Source: Candidatus Micrarchaeia archaeon (lineage in GTDB: Archaea > Micrarchaeota > Micrarchaeia > CABMEP01). From it: DNA of 64,000 bases. Below the pieces are notes generated by a model. It did no database searches. It was not told where the DNA came from and saw only the letters and a program-made list of their open reading frames with translations. Of this stretch, positions 10,175 to 20,876 are shown one piece after another. The stretch is taken from NCBI GenBank assembly GCA_038881595.1, contig JAVZPM010000001.1:295335-359334 (forward strand). Direction: 5' to 3'. How positions within the stretch are numbered: the first letter of the stretch is position 1; every line of letters begins with the position of its first letter. The position numbers and the translations under genes are program-made.

Positions 10175-11920
10175 ATGGATCAAAAAGATCAGATTACACA
10201 AGTTACTTCACAAGAAATTCCTCAAATTAAAAAAGATCAAGTGATTTCTGCAGAGATAAAATCAACAAAAATAACTGCAGGTGTTCAAGAAATAGAGAGT
10301 AAAGAGATATTCTCAGAATTCCGTGAGCACTCTGTAGCAGAATTCTTTAAGAAAAATAGGCAGATGCTTGGCTTGTCTGGTAAGGTTAGATCGCTTACAA
10401 CCCTTGTTCATGAATATGTAACAAATAGTTTAGATGCTTGTGAAGAAGCAAAGATTCTTCCAAATATATATGTTAAAATTGATAATCTTCCAAATGGACA
10501 TATAAGACTTTATGTGGAGGACAACGGACCCGGAATACCTAAGCAATTTATAGGAAAGGCGCTTGGTCAGATGCTTGCAGGCACTAAATTCCACAGATTT
10601 GTTCAACAAAGAGGTCAGCAAGGTATTGGTGCTACAGCTGGAACAATGTATGCTCAAATAACAACCGGAAAACCGATACATTGTCGTTCAAGTATTGGAG
10701 ATAATACCATATATGAATGTGACATTGCAGTTGATCTTAAAACAAATACTCCAAAAATCTCAAATATGGTTGAATACACTGGAAAATACAGAGGCTTGAC
10801 TATAATCGGAGAATTTGGAGAAGTCAAATATGATAAAAGTGAGTATTCCCCATTTGAATATCTCAAAGCAACCGCACTAGCCAATCCACACGCTCAAATA
10901 ACAATTGTAGAGCCAGATGGTCAGAGAACAGTATTTCAAAGAGCTCATGAAGAAGTACCTGAGAGACCAAAACCAGCACAGCCACATCCATTAGGAATTA
11001 CAACTGATGACTTGATCAATTATGCCCATCATTCTAAAGAAAGAAAGCTTTCATCATTCCTTACTGCAAACTTTGCAAGAGTATCAGATTCAAAGATAGA
11101 AGAGTTAAAGAAATTATGTCCATCAATAAACTTTGACAAGATGCCTAGAGAGCTTAAGTGGGAGGAAGCAGAAGCAATAGTAAATGCATTTAAACAGATA
11201 AAATGGATCGCCCCTTCAGCTGATCCATTAAGGCCTATAGGAAAGGAACAAATAGAAAAAGCACTTAAAAACGTGCTTCAACCTGAATTTATTTCTGTTT
11301 CTGAGCGAAGCCCAAAGGTATTTAGGGGAGGAGTTCCTTTCTTAGTTGAAGTAGGGATTGCATATAAAGGAAAGGCTGGAAGGCAAAAATCAGATGGTAC
11401 AGTTGGATTGGACGTAAAGAGATTTGCAAATAGGGCTCCGCTTCTTTTTGATGCAGGTGGATGCGCAACTATGGAGGCGGTTAAGACAATTGATTGGAGT
11501 AGATACGGATTAAAAGATATTGAAAATATGCCTGTAACTTTATTCATGAATTTAGTTTCAGTTCACGTTCCATATACTAGTGCAGGTAAGCAGGCAATCG
11601 CAGCAGAAGAGGAAATAGTTGAAGAATTTAGATATGCAATCATGGAGGTTGCGAGAGATCTTGATCGCTATTTATCAGGAAAAATAAGAGAGGAACAAAG
11701 AGAGGCAAGAAAGAAAGCAATAATGAGGTATGTTAAACAAATATCATTAGATCTTCCTTATCTTGCAGGTGAGAAAACTCCAGAAGAACTTGAGAAGAAG
11801 CTTATAAACATAATCGAATCTAAATATTCAAAAATATTTGAAAAGGGAAGGTTAACTAGCGAAGAAGAAAAGCAAATTAAAAAGCAGAAAGAAGAGGAGG
11901 AAGAAGATATAGAAGAATAA
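10175..11920 (+). CDS. top6B: DNA topoisomerase VI subunit B
   Basis: GHKL motifs EYVTNSLDA, EDNGPGI, RGQQGIG; RFANRAPLL. Confidence 0.97.
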   Translation: MDQKDQITQVTSQEIPQIKKDQVISAEIKSTKITAGVQEIESKEIFSEFREHSVAEFFKKNRQMLGLSGKVRSLTTLVHEYVTNSLDACEEAKILPNIYVKIDNLPNGHIRLYVEDNGPGIPKQFIGKALGQMLAGTKFHRFVQQRGQQGIGATAGTMYAQITTGKPIHCRSSIGDNTIYECDIAVDLKTNTPKISNMVEYTGKYRGLTIIGEFGEVKYDKSEYSPFEYLKATALANPHAQITIVEPDGQRTVFQRAHEEVPERPKPAQPHPLGITTDDLINYAHHSKERKLSSFLTANFARVSDSKIEELKKLCPSINFDKMPRELKWEEAEAIVNAFKQIKWIAPSADPLRPIGKEQIEKALKNVLQPEFISVSERSPKVFRGGVPFLVEVGIAYKGKAGRQKSDGTVGLDVKRFANRAPLLFDAGGCATMEAVKTIDWSRYGLKDIENMPVTLFMNLVSVHVPYTSAGKQAIAAEEEIVEEFRYAIMEVARDLDRYLSGKIREEQREARKKAIMRYVKQISLDLPYLAGEKTPEELEKKLINIIESKYSKIFEKGRLTSEEEKQIKKQKEEEEEDIEE

Positions 11921-11948
11921 TTTATTAGTTTAGGATAAAGGTGATTTT

Positions 11949-13094
11949 ATGGCAAAGAAAAAGGAGGTTCAGATTGAAAAATCTAATGCACCTCTTACAA
12001 AAGAAGATTTAATTGTAAAAGAAAAATTAGAAATGTTAGGAAAACAGTTAATTAGAGAAATCGATAATGGTCAATCACCTTATTTTGAAACTCTATTGAG
12101 AGGAAAGTCAAACGTACTCCATAGTGAAGAAGGTTATTTATATTTAGGTGATAAGAAAGAAAAAAGAGTTTTCCTTAATGTCGCACAAGCAAAGAAATTT
12201 ATGCAGACTATAGCAGTAGCTGCTAAATGTAAGAAATTTAAAGAGGAGAATCTTCATACTTCAATCAGAGGTCTTTTCTATCAGTTGAAATTTACTTTAG
12301 GTGAAGACTTAGACGAGGAACTTTTTGAAGAACAATCAGAGTCTAATGAACTTGTTGAAGATCTCGAAGTTGCTCTTTCACTTAAAAGAGAGGATCTAAA
12401 TTTAAGTACAGATAGAAAAGGTGTAGTCGCTGGAAATCTTATTATACTTGACAAATTCGGTGGAGAAGAAATAGAAATAGATTGTACAAAACAAGGTCGT
12501 TCCGGATGGATGATTCCTTCCGATGTAGATAATGGAATGGAATTTATAGATGTGGATGTAGATTATGTTCTTGTAGTAGAAAAAGATGCACTTTGGCAAA
12601 GATTGAATGAAGATAAATTCTGGAAAAAAGAAAATTGTCTTATAATTACACCAAAGGGTCAAGCATCAAGAGGGTGTAGAAGACTTATAAGAAAGTTAGC
12701 GGATAGAAATATTCCTATATATTGCTTTATGGATTGTGATGCATGGGGATGGTATATATATTGGACAATAAAGACAGGAAGTATGAATCTTGCCTATTTG
12801 GGTAAAAATATTGCAACACCGGAGGCGAAATTCATAGGTGTAACAATGTCTGATATTGAAAGATATGACTTTTTGAAGAAACTAACAATAAATGCAAAAG
12901 AAGTAGATCTTAAAAGAGCAGAAGAACTTCTTTCTTATCCTTGGATCAGCAAGCATCAAGATTGGGTTAAAGAATTGAAGACAGTTCTAGATACAAAGAA
13001 AAAGATAGAGCAGGACGCATTGCAAGGACCTCGTTTAACATTTGTTGGAGAGTACGTAAGGGAAAAAATCGAGAAAAAGCAGTTCTTATACTGA
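11949..13094 (+). CDS. top6A: DNA topoisomerase VI subunit A
   Basis: SIRGLFY (catalytic Tyr), VVEKDA, DCDAWG TOPRIM motif. Confidence 0.97.
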   Translation: MAKKKEVQIEKSNAPLTKEDLIVKEKLEMLGKQLIREIDNGQSPYFETLLRGKSNVLHSEEGYLYLGDKKEKRVFLNVAQAKKFMQTIAVAAKCKKFKEENLHTSIRGLFYQLKFTLGEDLDEELFEEQSESNELVEDLEVALSLKREDLNLSTDRKGVVAGNLIILDKFGGEEIEIDCTKQGRSGWMIPSDVDNGMEFIDVDVDYVLVVEKDALWQRLNEDKFWKKENCLIITPKGQASRGCRRLIRKLADRNIPIYCFMDCDAWGWYIYWTIKTGSMNLAYLGKNIATPEAKFIGVTMSDIERYDFLKKLTINAKEVDLKRAEELLSYPWISKHQDWVKELKTVLDTKKKIEQDALQGPRLTFVGEYVREKIEKKQFLY

Positions 13095-13316
13095 AACAAA
13101 AATATAAATACGTTCCATACCTACATAGTTATATACTGAGGATTTTATGCAATATTGTTTCTTTTTTTCCATTTTATATTTTTTTATTATGTTATACTAC
13201 AAAATGTGTTTTTAATATTTTAAAAATACAATATATAGTATAATTTTTATTCGTTTATTGCCGTATTTTCAGAAATTTATAGAAAACTTTTTAAAGTTCA
13301 TCGCTTCTTATATCTT

Positions 13317-14630
13317 ATGGTAGTCCGTTCTCTTCGTGATTCAACTCTGCTAATTGCAGAGGCAAATTCTTTTTTGGATCGTTTAGAACGACCAAAGACA
13401 TTAAAAGAAATCGAAAGCAATCTTCATTCTTTAACCCACATTAAAGAAGAAATGTTAGCTGCAGGTTTTAATGCAACTTTTCCTGAATTAATGCTTAATA
13501 TAAAAACAGAATTAGCTGATGATGAAATTTCTTCAGATCTTTCAAAACAATTAAGAATTTTAAGAGAATTTGCGAATCTTAAAAAGTATACTCTTAATAG
13601 AGTAAAGGTTGCAATCGCTTCACATAATATTTTATATAACATGTTTCAGAGAGGAACAGTATATGCTTTTGCGGACTATCTTCCATATAATGGCCAATAC
13701 TTATATGAGCTTATCTATTTAGGTGAACCAGCAATACGTGCATATAATGCGTTGAATATAATTCTATCACAGAAAAAAGAAAATAAAAGTGGAGAATATA
13801 CAGTGGTCATTTCTGTTGACGGAAAAAAACAAAAGATAAAACTGGATTCAAATCAAAATCTCGGTGAGAGAGTAAGAAGAGTGTATGGAGAGGGAGCTAC
13901 AATACTAAGCATTACTAAAAGAAATACTGAAAAGCCATTAGTAAATGGAAGAAGCAATAGAATAGCGATCGCGTCAGCATATGCAAGATTAGCTGCTAGT
14001 TTAGTATATCCAAGATTAAGCAATAGCCAATTGTTTACAAACGAAAAACATAAAATTTATTCATCAATCCTTTCAAAACATGGATTATCCTCAGATACTA
14101 GAATAGATTTATTAGATGGAAGAGAAGATCTTGAAGATGAATTATATTCTAAGAACCTTCTCTTTGAAGAAAATAGTATAAAATTTTTACACCCCGATGT
14201 AGTAAATGCGATTACAAAGAATAGAAAAAGATTCAATAAAGAAACAGTTAAAGAGGCGGAGAGACTTCTTAGTGAAGATGTTTTTTATTTCTTTATGGTA
14301 GAGTCAAAGAAAGCAAGAACAGCGTATCCATTATTTAAAGGAATTTCAAGTGAAATCGATGAGCGCTTTAACTTTATGAATAAAGTGATTGGAAACGATT
14401 CGGTTTCTTTGATAAAAGAGAAACTTACTCTTGAATCTTTAGTTCCAACTTCAAGTAAGGAATTAGCTGCAGTTTTGTTATTAAACTCTGGAAGAAAGAA
14501 AGAGTGGTGCATGGAGAAATTTGGTCTTTCTGAAGCAGAACTAGATGAAGCCAAATCAAAGTTAGCTCCTTATCTGAAGAACGTCTCATCACAAGCTAGA
14601 GAGTTTCTTGATCTGTTAAAAAAGAAATAA
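13317..14630 (+). CDS. Conserved archaeal protein (DUF530-like)
   Basis: LIAEANSFLD, KKYTLNRVKVAIASH and LPYNGQY resemble DUF530; recognition by eye only. Confidence 0.6.
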   Translation: MVVRSLRDSTLLIAEANSFLDRLERPKTLKEIESNLHSLTHIKEEMLAAGFNATFPELMLNIKTELADDEISSDLSKQLRILREFANLKKYTLNRVKVAIASHNILYNMFQRGTVYAFADYLPYNGQYLYELIYLGEPAIRAYNALNIILSQKKENKSGEYTVVISVDGKKQKIKLDSNQNLGERVRRVYGEGATILSITKRNTEKPLVNGRSNRIAIASAYARLAASLVYPRLSNSQLFTNEKHKIYSSILSKHGLSSDTRIDLLDGREDLEDELYSKNLLFEENSIKFLHPDVVNAITKNRKRFNKETVKEAERLLSEDVFYFFMVESKKARTAYPLFKGISSEIDERFNFMNKVIGNDSVSLIKEKLTLESLVPTSSKELAAVLLLNSGRKKEWCMEKFGLSEAELDEAKSKLAPYLKNVSSQAREFLDLLKKK

Positions 14631-14669
14631 TTCTTTTTTAAAATTTATATTTTAACGTAGGTTGGTAGC

Positions 14670-14996
14670 TTGCAAGAGAACGAAATTATAAAGAGAAAGG
14701 TTACTATTAGAGACATAGTTAACATATTAAACAGACCGTATCCCATTAAAAGAATTAGAATAAGTCAGGGTGCATACAATTTCCTTCCAAAGAAAGCTTT
14801 AAACACTTTAAATAAAATGAAAATTAAAATTGAAGTTATACCTTTGAAAAGAGGGCCGAGTATAAAGGTAGATAAAGAAAAAATAAGAATGCTTTACAAA
14901 TCCAATGTCAATGCATATGAGATTTCAAAAAATTTAAAAATTCCTTTGAGAACTGTTTATTATCATATTAAAAGAATAAAGAAAGAAGAAAATTAA
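14670..14996 (+). CDS. Small basic HTH protein (possibly DUF1699-like)
   Basis: C-terminal EISKNLKIPLRTVYYHI helix-turn-helix. Confidence 0.6.
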   Translation: MQENEIIKRKVTIRDIVNILNRPYPIKRIRISQGAYNFLPKKALNTLNKMKIKIEVIPLKRGPSIKVDKEKIRMLYKSNVNAYEISKNLKIPLRTVYYHIKRIKKEEN

Positions 14997-15134
14997 TTAG
15001 AATATATATTTATTTAAATTACTTTAAAATTATTTTATCAAATTTAAATCCATTGTAAGTGTTTTCTAACCAGTAGAGAAAATGCAAAAGAATTTAAATT
15101 TAGACGTACATTATCATATATAATACTACTTTAT

Positions 15135-15236
15135 GCCTCGGTAGCTCAGTTGGTAGAGCGTGTGGCTGTTAATCTATCTTAGTCAGATTTTAAAGCAGAA
15201 ACCACAAGGTCGGAAGTTCGAGTCTTCCCCGGGGCG
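15135..15236 (+). tRNA. tRNA-Asn(GTT) with 29-nt intron at 37/38 (15172-15200)
   Basis: Acceptor GCCTCGG/CCGGGGC; D arm GCTC/GAGC; anticodon stem TGTGG/CCACA with GTT at 15168-15170; T arm GGAAG-TTCGAGT-CTTCC; BHB with CTGT/GCAG helix and two 3-nt bulges; CCA not encoded. Confidence 0.96.
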
Positions 15237-15238
15237 CA

Positions 15239-15756
15239 TTATTTTTCTATTTTTATTTTATCTCCAATTTTTATGCCATTTATTTTTGAGAAATTGGCGT
15301 TTAATTCTAGAGCATATAAAATAGGTTTATTTGGACTATATATTTTACATATTAGGTTTTTTATGATGTAAGGTTCCATTTCAATAATTTGAATAATGTT
15401 TAGTTCTTTATCAATAAATAGTATTTCTAAAGGGATTAATGTATTCTTCATCCAAAAAGAATGGTAGTCTTCATTTTCAAAAATAAATAACATACCCTCA
15501 TCTTTGCCAAGGTATGTCCTATTCATCAATCCTATGGTTCTTTCTTCTGGTGTATCTGCAATTTCTACTTTTATTTTAATATCATTTACTATTACTTCTG
15601 TAAATCCAATCGCCTTTTCTTTTGTTTCTATATAAGATTCATAAAGTAAGAAAAAATAGCATAAAGTAAGAAAAATAGAATAAAAGCTAAAATTACAAAA
15701 ATTAATATCGGTTCATTTATTCCTCAGATTTTATTTTCTCTGGGTATATTTTTCAT
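15239..15756 (-). pseudogene. DUF192 family protein, disrupted
   Basis: VEIADTPEER..GLMNR, GMLFIF and FWMKNTLIPL. The ATG at 15756 is followed by an in-frame TGA (15724-15726), and a 20-nt duplication (15641-15660) shifts the frame. Confidence 0.8.
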
Positions 15757-15799
15757 TTAAAACACTTACCCGTTCATTATTTCTTTATCTCTCAATTAT

Positions 15800-17338
15800 T
15801 TATTCGATTTTATCTATTATCACTTTTTGTAGTTCAACAGGAGGAATTGCATTTGCCATTTCTATAGCAAATGAAAGCTTTGTTTCACTTTCAGATACAA
15901 TTTCAAATAACGTATCTCCAGGATTAACTTTATCACCCATTTCGCAATGTAGTATTACCCCCGCTCCTTTATCTTTCGGTGCGCCAGCAACTCTAGCTAT
16001 TTTATTTACATATTTGTTGTCAACATGCGATACTCTTCCTCCTTTTTCTGCTTTAATCGCATATCTATAATGACCAATCGGAATATCATCCTCCTTTACA
16101 TTTGGATTTCCACCCTGCGCCTCTATAATCTCTTTGAACTTTTCATATGCCTTGCCACTTTTTATTATGTTAAATGCATACTCAGCACCTTTTCCAACAG
16201 GTGCCTTTCCAAGCATTTCTAAGATACTTCCAGCCATTAAACAACTTTTTTCTCTTAATTCCTCTCCATCTTTCATTTTAAGTGCTTTAAGAACTTCAAG
16301 ACATTCAAGACCTGGACCTATACCAAATCCTATTGGATCAGATCCATCTGTTATGAGACATCGCGTCCTTATTCCAAGCTGTTCACTAATTTGTAGAAAA
16401 TCATTTGCTAGTAATTTTCCTTCTGTTTCATTTTCAACTTTCGCACCCCTTCCTACTGGAATGTCAACAATTAGATATTCTGCGCCAACTGCCTTTTTCT
16501 TTCCTAGAATAGATGCAAGTAAAAGACCTTTAGGGTCTAGATGCAAAGAGTTTCTTATCCTGATCAATTTGTCATCTACCGGAGCAAGATTTATCGCACC
16601 TCCCCATGCAATACATCCATGCGTTTTAAGAACAACCTTTCTCAATTCTTCAATAGGAAGAACAACAGGTGCAAAAACCTCAAATGTATCTGCAGTCCCG
16701 GATGCAGATGAAATAGCTCTCGAAGAAGTTTTCGGAATATACACTCCAGCAGCTGCAAGAATAGGGACGATTAACATTGTGGTTCTGTTTCCTGCGACTC
16801 CTCCAATACAGTGTTTATCTGCAATTGGATGAACACCAAGATCTAACGTTGTTCCTGTTTCAACCATTGCCTTAGCAAGAGAAACTGTTTCTCCTATTCC
16901 AAATCCATTTATATAAGCAGCAGCAATAAATGATGCGAGTTCACCTTCACTTAATCTATTTTCAACTGTTTCTTTTACTATAGTGTATATCTCGTTTTCA
17001 GTAAGTGATTCCCTATCCATTTTTTTCTTTATATATTCTAATGATTTTGGAACTGGAATGTGTTGTATTTCTACAATATCGCCATCTTTAACTTTCAGTT
17101 GTTTCGCTACATCTTTGTAAATTGCCACATCTCCTTTCTTGACCATTGTTTCTGATGTATCTATTATAGATATCACTTCTTTTCCTTTGTATTTTATACT
17201 TACTCTGTCAGATATGTAAATATCATTATAAGTTGCTTCCTCCTCATTAAGAATGGCTATATTTTTTCCAGCTTCTATATCTAGCACTCTTACTTTGAAT
17301 CTATGGATTCTGTGTGGAATTTCTTTGTTTATTTTCAT
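15800..17338 (-). CDS. AMP phosphorylase
   Basis: N-terminal extra domain; DKHCIGGVAGN, PKTSSRAISSASGTAD and GAPKDKGAG. Confidence 0.95.
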   Translation of the reverse strand: MKINKEIPHRIHRFKVRVLDIEAGKNIAILNEEEATYNDIYISDRVSIKYKGKEVISIIDTSETMVKKGDVAIYKDVAKQLKVKDGDIVEIQHIPVPKSLEYIKKKMDRESLTENEIYTIVKETVENRLSEGELASFIAAAYINGFGIGETVSLAKAMVETGTTLDLGVHPIADKHCIGGVAGNRTTMLIVPILAAAGVYIPKTSSRAISSASGTADTFEVFAPVVLPIEELRKVVLKTHGCIAWGGAINLAPVDDKLIRIRNSLHLDPKGLLLASILGKKKAVGAEYLIVDIPVGRGAKVENETEGKLLANDFLQISEQLGIRTRCLITDGSDPIGFGIGPGLECLEVLKALKMKDGEELREKSCLMAGSILEMLGKAPVGKGAEYAFNIIKSGKAYEKFKEIIEAQGGNPNVKEDDIPIGHYRYAIKAEKGGRVSHVDNKYVNKIARVAGAPKDKGAGVILHCEMGDKVNPGDTLFEIVSESETKLSFAIEMANAIPPVELQKVIIDKIE

Positions 17339-17365
17339 CTTCTCACCATGGATGATTATTAATTA

Positions 17366-18271
17366 TTATTCATTTTGCAAATATCTTTCAACCGCATTCA
17401 TTATATTCTGTGGAGGTATTATACCTAATTCAGTAATATAAGCTCTTATGTATGATGGGGGAGTAACATCAAAAGCAGGATTAATAACTTTTAATCCTTT
17501 TATTTTTTTTGCAAGAATTTCTTTCGGATCTCTCATTTCTATTTCTGTCATTTTTCCGAACTTAGTGAGTGGGTCAAACTTGTATATCTGAGTAGCAGAA
17601 TAGAACGGAACCTTCATGTCATTTGCTACAGTTGCAATAGTAGATGTTCCTATCTTATTGTATAAAGATCCATCTGTAGCTATAGCATCTGCACCAACGA
17701 TTACCATGTTAACATCTTTCATAATATGTCGAACAGCTGAATCAATTATAAGGGTTACATCTACACCAGCAGAGGCAAGCTGCTTTGCAGTGATGTGGCC
17801 CTGATAGAGCGGTCGCGTTTCCGTGCAGTATACTTTTATTTTCTTTTTCTTATTTGCCTGTATAAGAATGCTGTTAACTGTTGTACTATGACAATGAGTT
17901 AAGATAACTTGGTTATCCCAAATCATTTCTGATCCGTATTCAGTTATTTTGAGAAAAGATTCGGTAAACATTTTGTCATAGATCTCTATAGTTTTTTCTG
18001 CGATTTTCTTTATTTCTTCCACATCTTTTCCTTTCTCAAGCCTTGCAAAAAAGAATCTAAGAGTGTTTCTTGCCATTGGTTCAGTGGGTCTGAGTGAAAG
18101 AAGTTTCTCACTTGTCTTTTCTATCTCATTTAGAATCTCTTCTCTTGTTCTTGCATTACTTTTCCGAATACTAATTACCAATGCCTTTGCAGTAGCTTCT
18201 GCAACTCTTCTTGCACCTTGGATCTTTAACTCTTTTATATCACGCATTATTCTTTTAACTTCTATTGCCAT
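17366..18271 (-). CDS. Ribose-1,5-bisphosphate isomerase (eIF2B family)
   Basis: LTHCHS (catalytic Cys), ETRP..QG, VGADA, NKIGT, NPAFDVTP; co-oriented with AMP phosphorylase. Confidence 0.9.
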   Translation of the reverse strand: MAIEVKRIMRDIKELKIQGARRVAEATAKALVISIRKSNARTREEILNEIEKTSEKLLSLRPTEPMARNTLRFFFARLEKGKDVEEIKKIAEKTIEIYDKMFTESFLKITEYGSEMIWDNQVILTHCHSTTVNSILIQANKKKKIKVYCTETRPLYQGHITAKQLASAGVDVTLIIDSAVRHIMKDVNMVIVGADAIATDGSLYNKIGTSTIATVANDMKVPFYSATQIYKFDPLTKFGKMTEIEMRDPKEILAKKIKGLKVINPAFDVTPPSYIRAYITELGIIPPQNIMNAVERYLQNE

Positions 18272-18371
18272 AATTCTATTCTTTCAGATATAATTTTAAA
18301 CCTTAACTGTTTAAAAAAACGAAGCTTTAAAATTTAAATGTATATAATATTTAATAAGCGACCGTGGTTTT

Positions 18372-19508
18372 ATGGTTGAATCCCTTAAACAAATTGTGGA
18401 CGTTCCTTTAAGTGGAGAAATGAATTTTCAAAATTTTGATGATCTTTCAGAAGATGATAAAGAACTTCTTAAATTTTATGAGTCATCCAAGCCTAAAATA
18501 TATGTTTTAGGTATGGGTGGAAGCGGTAGCAATACTGTGAATAGATTATATCAAATAGGGATCAAAGGAGCAAATATAATTGCAATGAATACCGATGTAC
18601 AACATCTTCTTCATATTAAAGCAGATAAAAAAATATTATTAGGAAAAACAACCACCAGAGGAATAGGTGCAGGTAGTGATCCAGAAGTCGGAGAAGCAGC
18701 TGCAACAGAATCTCTTGAAGACATTAAGCGTGCAATTTCTGATGCTTCTTTAGTGTTTGTAACTTGTGGCTTAGGTGGTGGAACAGGAACAGGCTCTGCT
18801 CCAGTAGCAGCAAAGGTTGCTAAAGAAATGGGTGCTTTAGTTGTGGCAGTCGTAACTCTTCCATTCACTTCAGAAGGAGAAAAGAGAAGACAAAATGCCA
18901 TGAAGGGTTTAGAAAAACTAAAGAAATCTGTTGATACTCTTATTGTAATACCTAATGACAAGCTTCTTGCAGTGGTGCCAGATCTTCCTTTAGATGCTGC
19001 ATTTAGAGTTTCAGATGAAGTGCTTGCAAAATCTGTCAAAGGAATAACTGAACTGATTACTGTTTCAGGCCTTATTAATCTAGATCTTGCAGATCTTAAA
19101 ACAATTCTAAAGGATGGCGGTTATGCAATGATTGGAGTTGGAGAATCCAGCGTTGATTCTTCTTATGATGAAAGAGCACTTCTCGCTGCCAATACAGCTC
19201 TTAAAAGCCCACTTCTAGATGTTGACATATCAACTTCAAATAGGGCGATTATTAATGTTGTTGGTGGAGAGGATATGACATTAAGAGAAGCTGAACTTAT
19301 AGCAAGAGAAGTATCTAAGCATATAGCAAAGGATTCCCATATAATCTGGGGTGCAAGAGTTGATAAATCTATGAAAAGGTCTCAGATTCAAGTTTTGGTT
19401 GTACTTGTTGGTGTTAATGCAGGAAATTTTAATGGAAAAACAGATAAGGTAAAAGTTGCTGAGGAACTGGAAGAAATAGATCTAAATGATCTAGATCTTG
19501 CATTGTAA
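18372..19508 (+). CDS. ftsZ: Cell division protein FtsZ
   Basis: GLGGGTGTG tubulin signature; INLDLAD; precedes secE. Confidence 0.97.
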   Translation: MVESLKQIVDVPLSGEMNFQNFDDLSEDDKELLKFYESSKPKIYVLGMGGSGSNTVNRLYQIGIKGANIIAMNTDVQHLLHIKADKKILLGKTTTRGIGAGSDPEVGEAAATESLEDIKRAISDASLVFVTCGLGGGTGTGSAPVAAKVAKEMGALVVAVVTLPFTSEGEKRRQNAMKGLEKLKKSVDTLIVIPNDKLLAVVPDLPLDAAFRVSDEVLAKSVKGITELITVSGLINLDLADLKTILKDGGYAMIGVGESSVDSSYDERALLAANTALKSPLLDVDISTSNRAIINVVGGEDMTLREAELIAREVSKHIAKDSHIIWGARVDKSMKRSQIQVLVVLVGVNAGNFNGKTDKVKVAEELEEIDLNDLDLAL

Positions 19509-19649
19509 GAAAAAATTCCGATTTTTTTGAGATTAAGCACATATTTTTATTTCTTTTTATTATATACTATTATATCTTAATGTCTATTTATAATTGTAAA
19601 TGGTTATGAATAGAAATATTTGTATTCAATCTATTTTAAAGGTGTTAAG

Positions 19650-19835
19650 ATGTCAATTGTTAAAGGATTGAAGGAGTTTTATGATAAAGCAGTATATGTA
19701 TGGAGAGCAAGCAAGAAACCTTCACAGAAAGAATTAAACGAAAATCTTAAGATCGTATTGTTGGGAATTATAATATTAGGGGTAATAGGTTTTATAATAT
19801 CAATAATATTTGGTTTCTTACAATTTTCACAATGA
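19650..19835 (+). CDS. secE: Protein translocase SecE/Sec61-gamma
   Basis: RASKKPSQKE followed by a single TM; ATG at 19650 after ggtg RBS; ftsZ-secE-spt5 synteny. Confidence 0.9.
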   Translation: MSIVKGLKEFYDKAVYVWRASKKPSQKELNENLKIVLLGIIILGVIGFIISIIFGFLQFSQ

Positions 19836-19848
19836 ATTGGGTGGATTT

Positions 19849-20295
19849 ATGATATTTGCATATAGGGTAACTTCAGGACAGGAGCACATAGTCTTAGAGA
19901 TGCTTACACACAAAGCTGAAAAGATGAAGGATTCTATAGGTGCAATAGTAAGATTTCCGGAAGTAAAAGGATATATATTCATAGAATCATCTGATATCTC
20001 TGCAGCAAAGACTATTTCTCAAGGTATTAGACATATAAAAGGAATGATTTCAAAACCAGTCGATCTTAATGAAATGACCAAGCTTATAGAAGAAGGTGTG
20101 CAATCAGTTAAGCTCGGAAAGGGAGATATAATTGAATTTACCTCAGGACCATTCAAGGGTGAAAGAGGAAAAATAATGAGAATAGATGAAACAAAAGATA
20201 CAATAACTGTAGAGCTTATAGATGTTGCAGTTTCTGTTCCAGTAACAGCTAAGATAAATACAGTAAAGATAATACAAAAAGCAGAAGAAGAGTGA
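19849..20295 (+). CDS. spt5: Transcription elongation factor Spt5
   Basis: VTSGQE, KGYIFIE and KOW motif SGPFKGERG. Confidence 0.95.
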   Translation: MIFAYRVTSGQEHIVLEMLTHKAEKMKDSIGAIVRFPEVKGYIFIESSDISAAKTISQGIRHIKGMISKPVDLNEMTKLIEEGVQSVKLGKGDIIEFTSGPFKGERGKIMRIDETKDTITVELIDVAVSVPVTAKINTVKIIQKAEEE

Positions 20296-20381
20296 TCTAT
20301 TTAAACTAATATTTATAGAAAGCTAGACGATGGCTAAATATCTAGTAAATAAAAAGTTAGAATTAGACAATAGGTGAGTAT

Positions 20382-20870
20382 ATGGCTGAAATTACAGTTT
20401 CGCTTCTTGTAGAAGGAGGAAAGGCATCTGGAGGACCACCATTAGCAACTTCAATAGGGCCTCTTGGGATAAATGTCAATAACATCGTTAAGGAAATAAA
20501 TGAAAAAACAAAAGATTTTGCAGGAGTAACAGTTCCTGTAAAGGTAATAGTAAATAAAGAGAACAAATCATACAAAATTGAAATTGGAGTGCCTGCAGTA
20601 GCTTCTTTGATAAAGAAAGAAATAGGAATTGAAAAAGGAGCAAAGGCAGAACCCGGACAGAAGCCAGCTCCAGTAGGAGACATCAGCTTTGACAAGGTTG
20701 TCAAGATTGCAAAAATAAAGATCGGATCAACAAACGCAACAGAGCTGAAGTCAGCTGTTCTTTCGGTTCTAGGAACATGTTTAAGTGTAGGAGTTACATG
20801 CGAAGGACAGGATCCAAGAGTTATAGCAAAAAAAGTTAAAAAAGGAGAATATGATGCAAGCATCAAGTGA
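20382..20870 (+). CDS. rpl11: 50S ribosomal protein L11
   Basis: VEGGKASGGPPL...GPLG; GTCLSVGV. Confidence 0.97.
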   Translation: MAEITVSLLVEGGKASGGPPLATSIGPLGINVNNIVKEINEKTKDFAGVTVPVKVIVNKENKSYKIEIGVPAVASLIKKEIGIEKGAKAEPGQKPAPVGDISFDKVVKIAKIKIGSTNATELKSAVLSVLGTCLSVGVTCEGQDPRVIAKKVKKGEYDASIK

Positions 20871-20876
20871 GGTTAA

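Noticed and set aside
16134..16832. Antisense and shadow ORFs (also 20363-20866, 50137-50658, 51674-52228, 55156-55359 and other short track ORFs)
   Set aside because: They lie opposite or within well-supported genes and have no motifs
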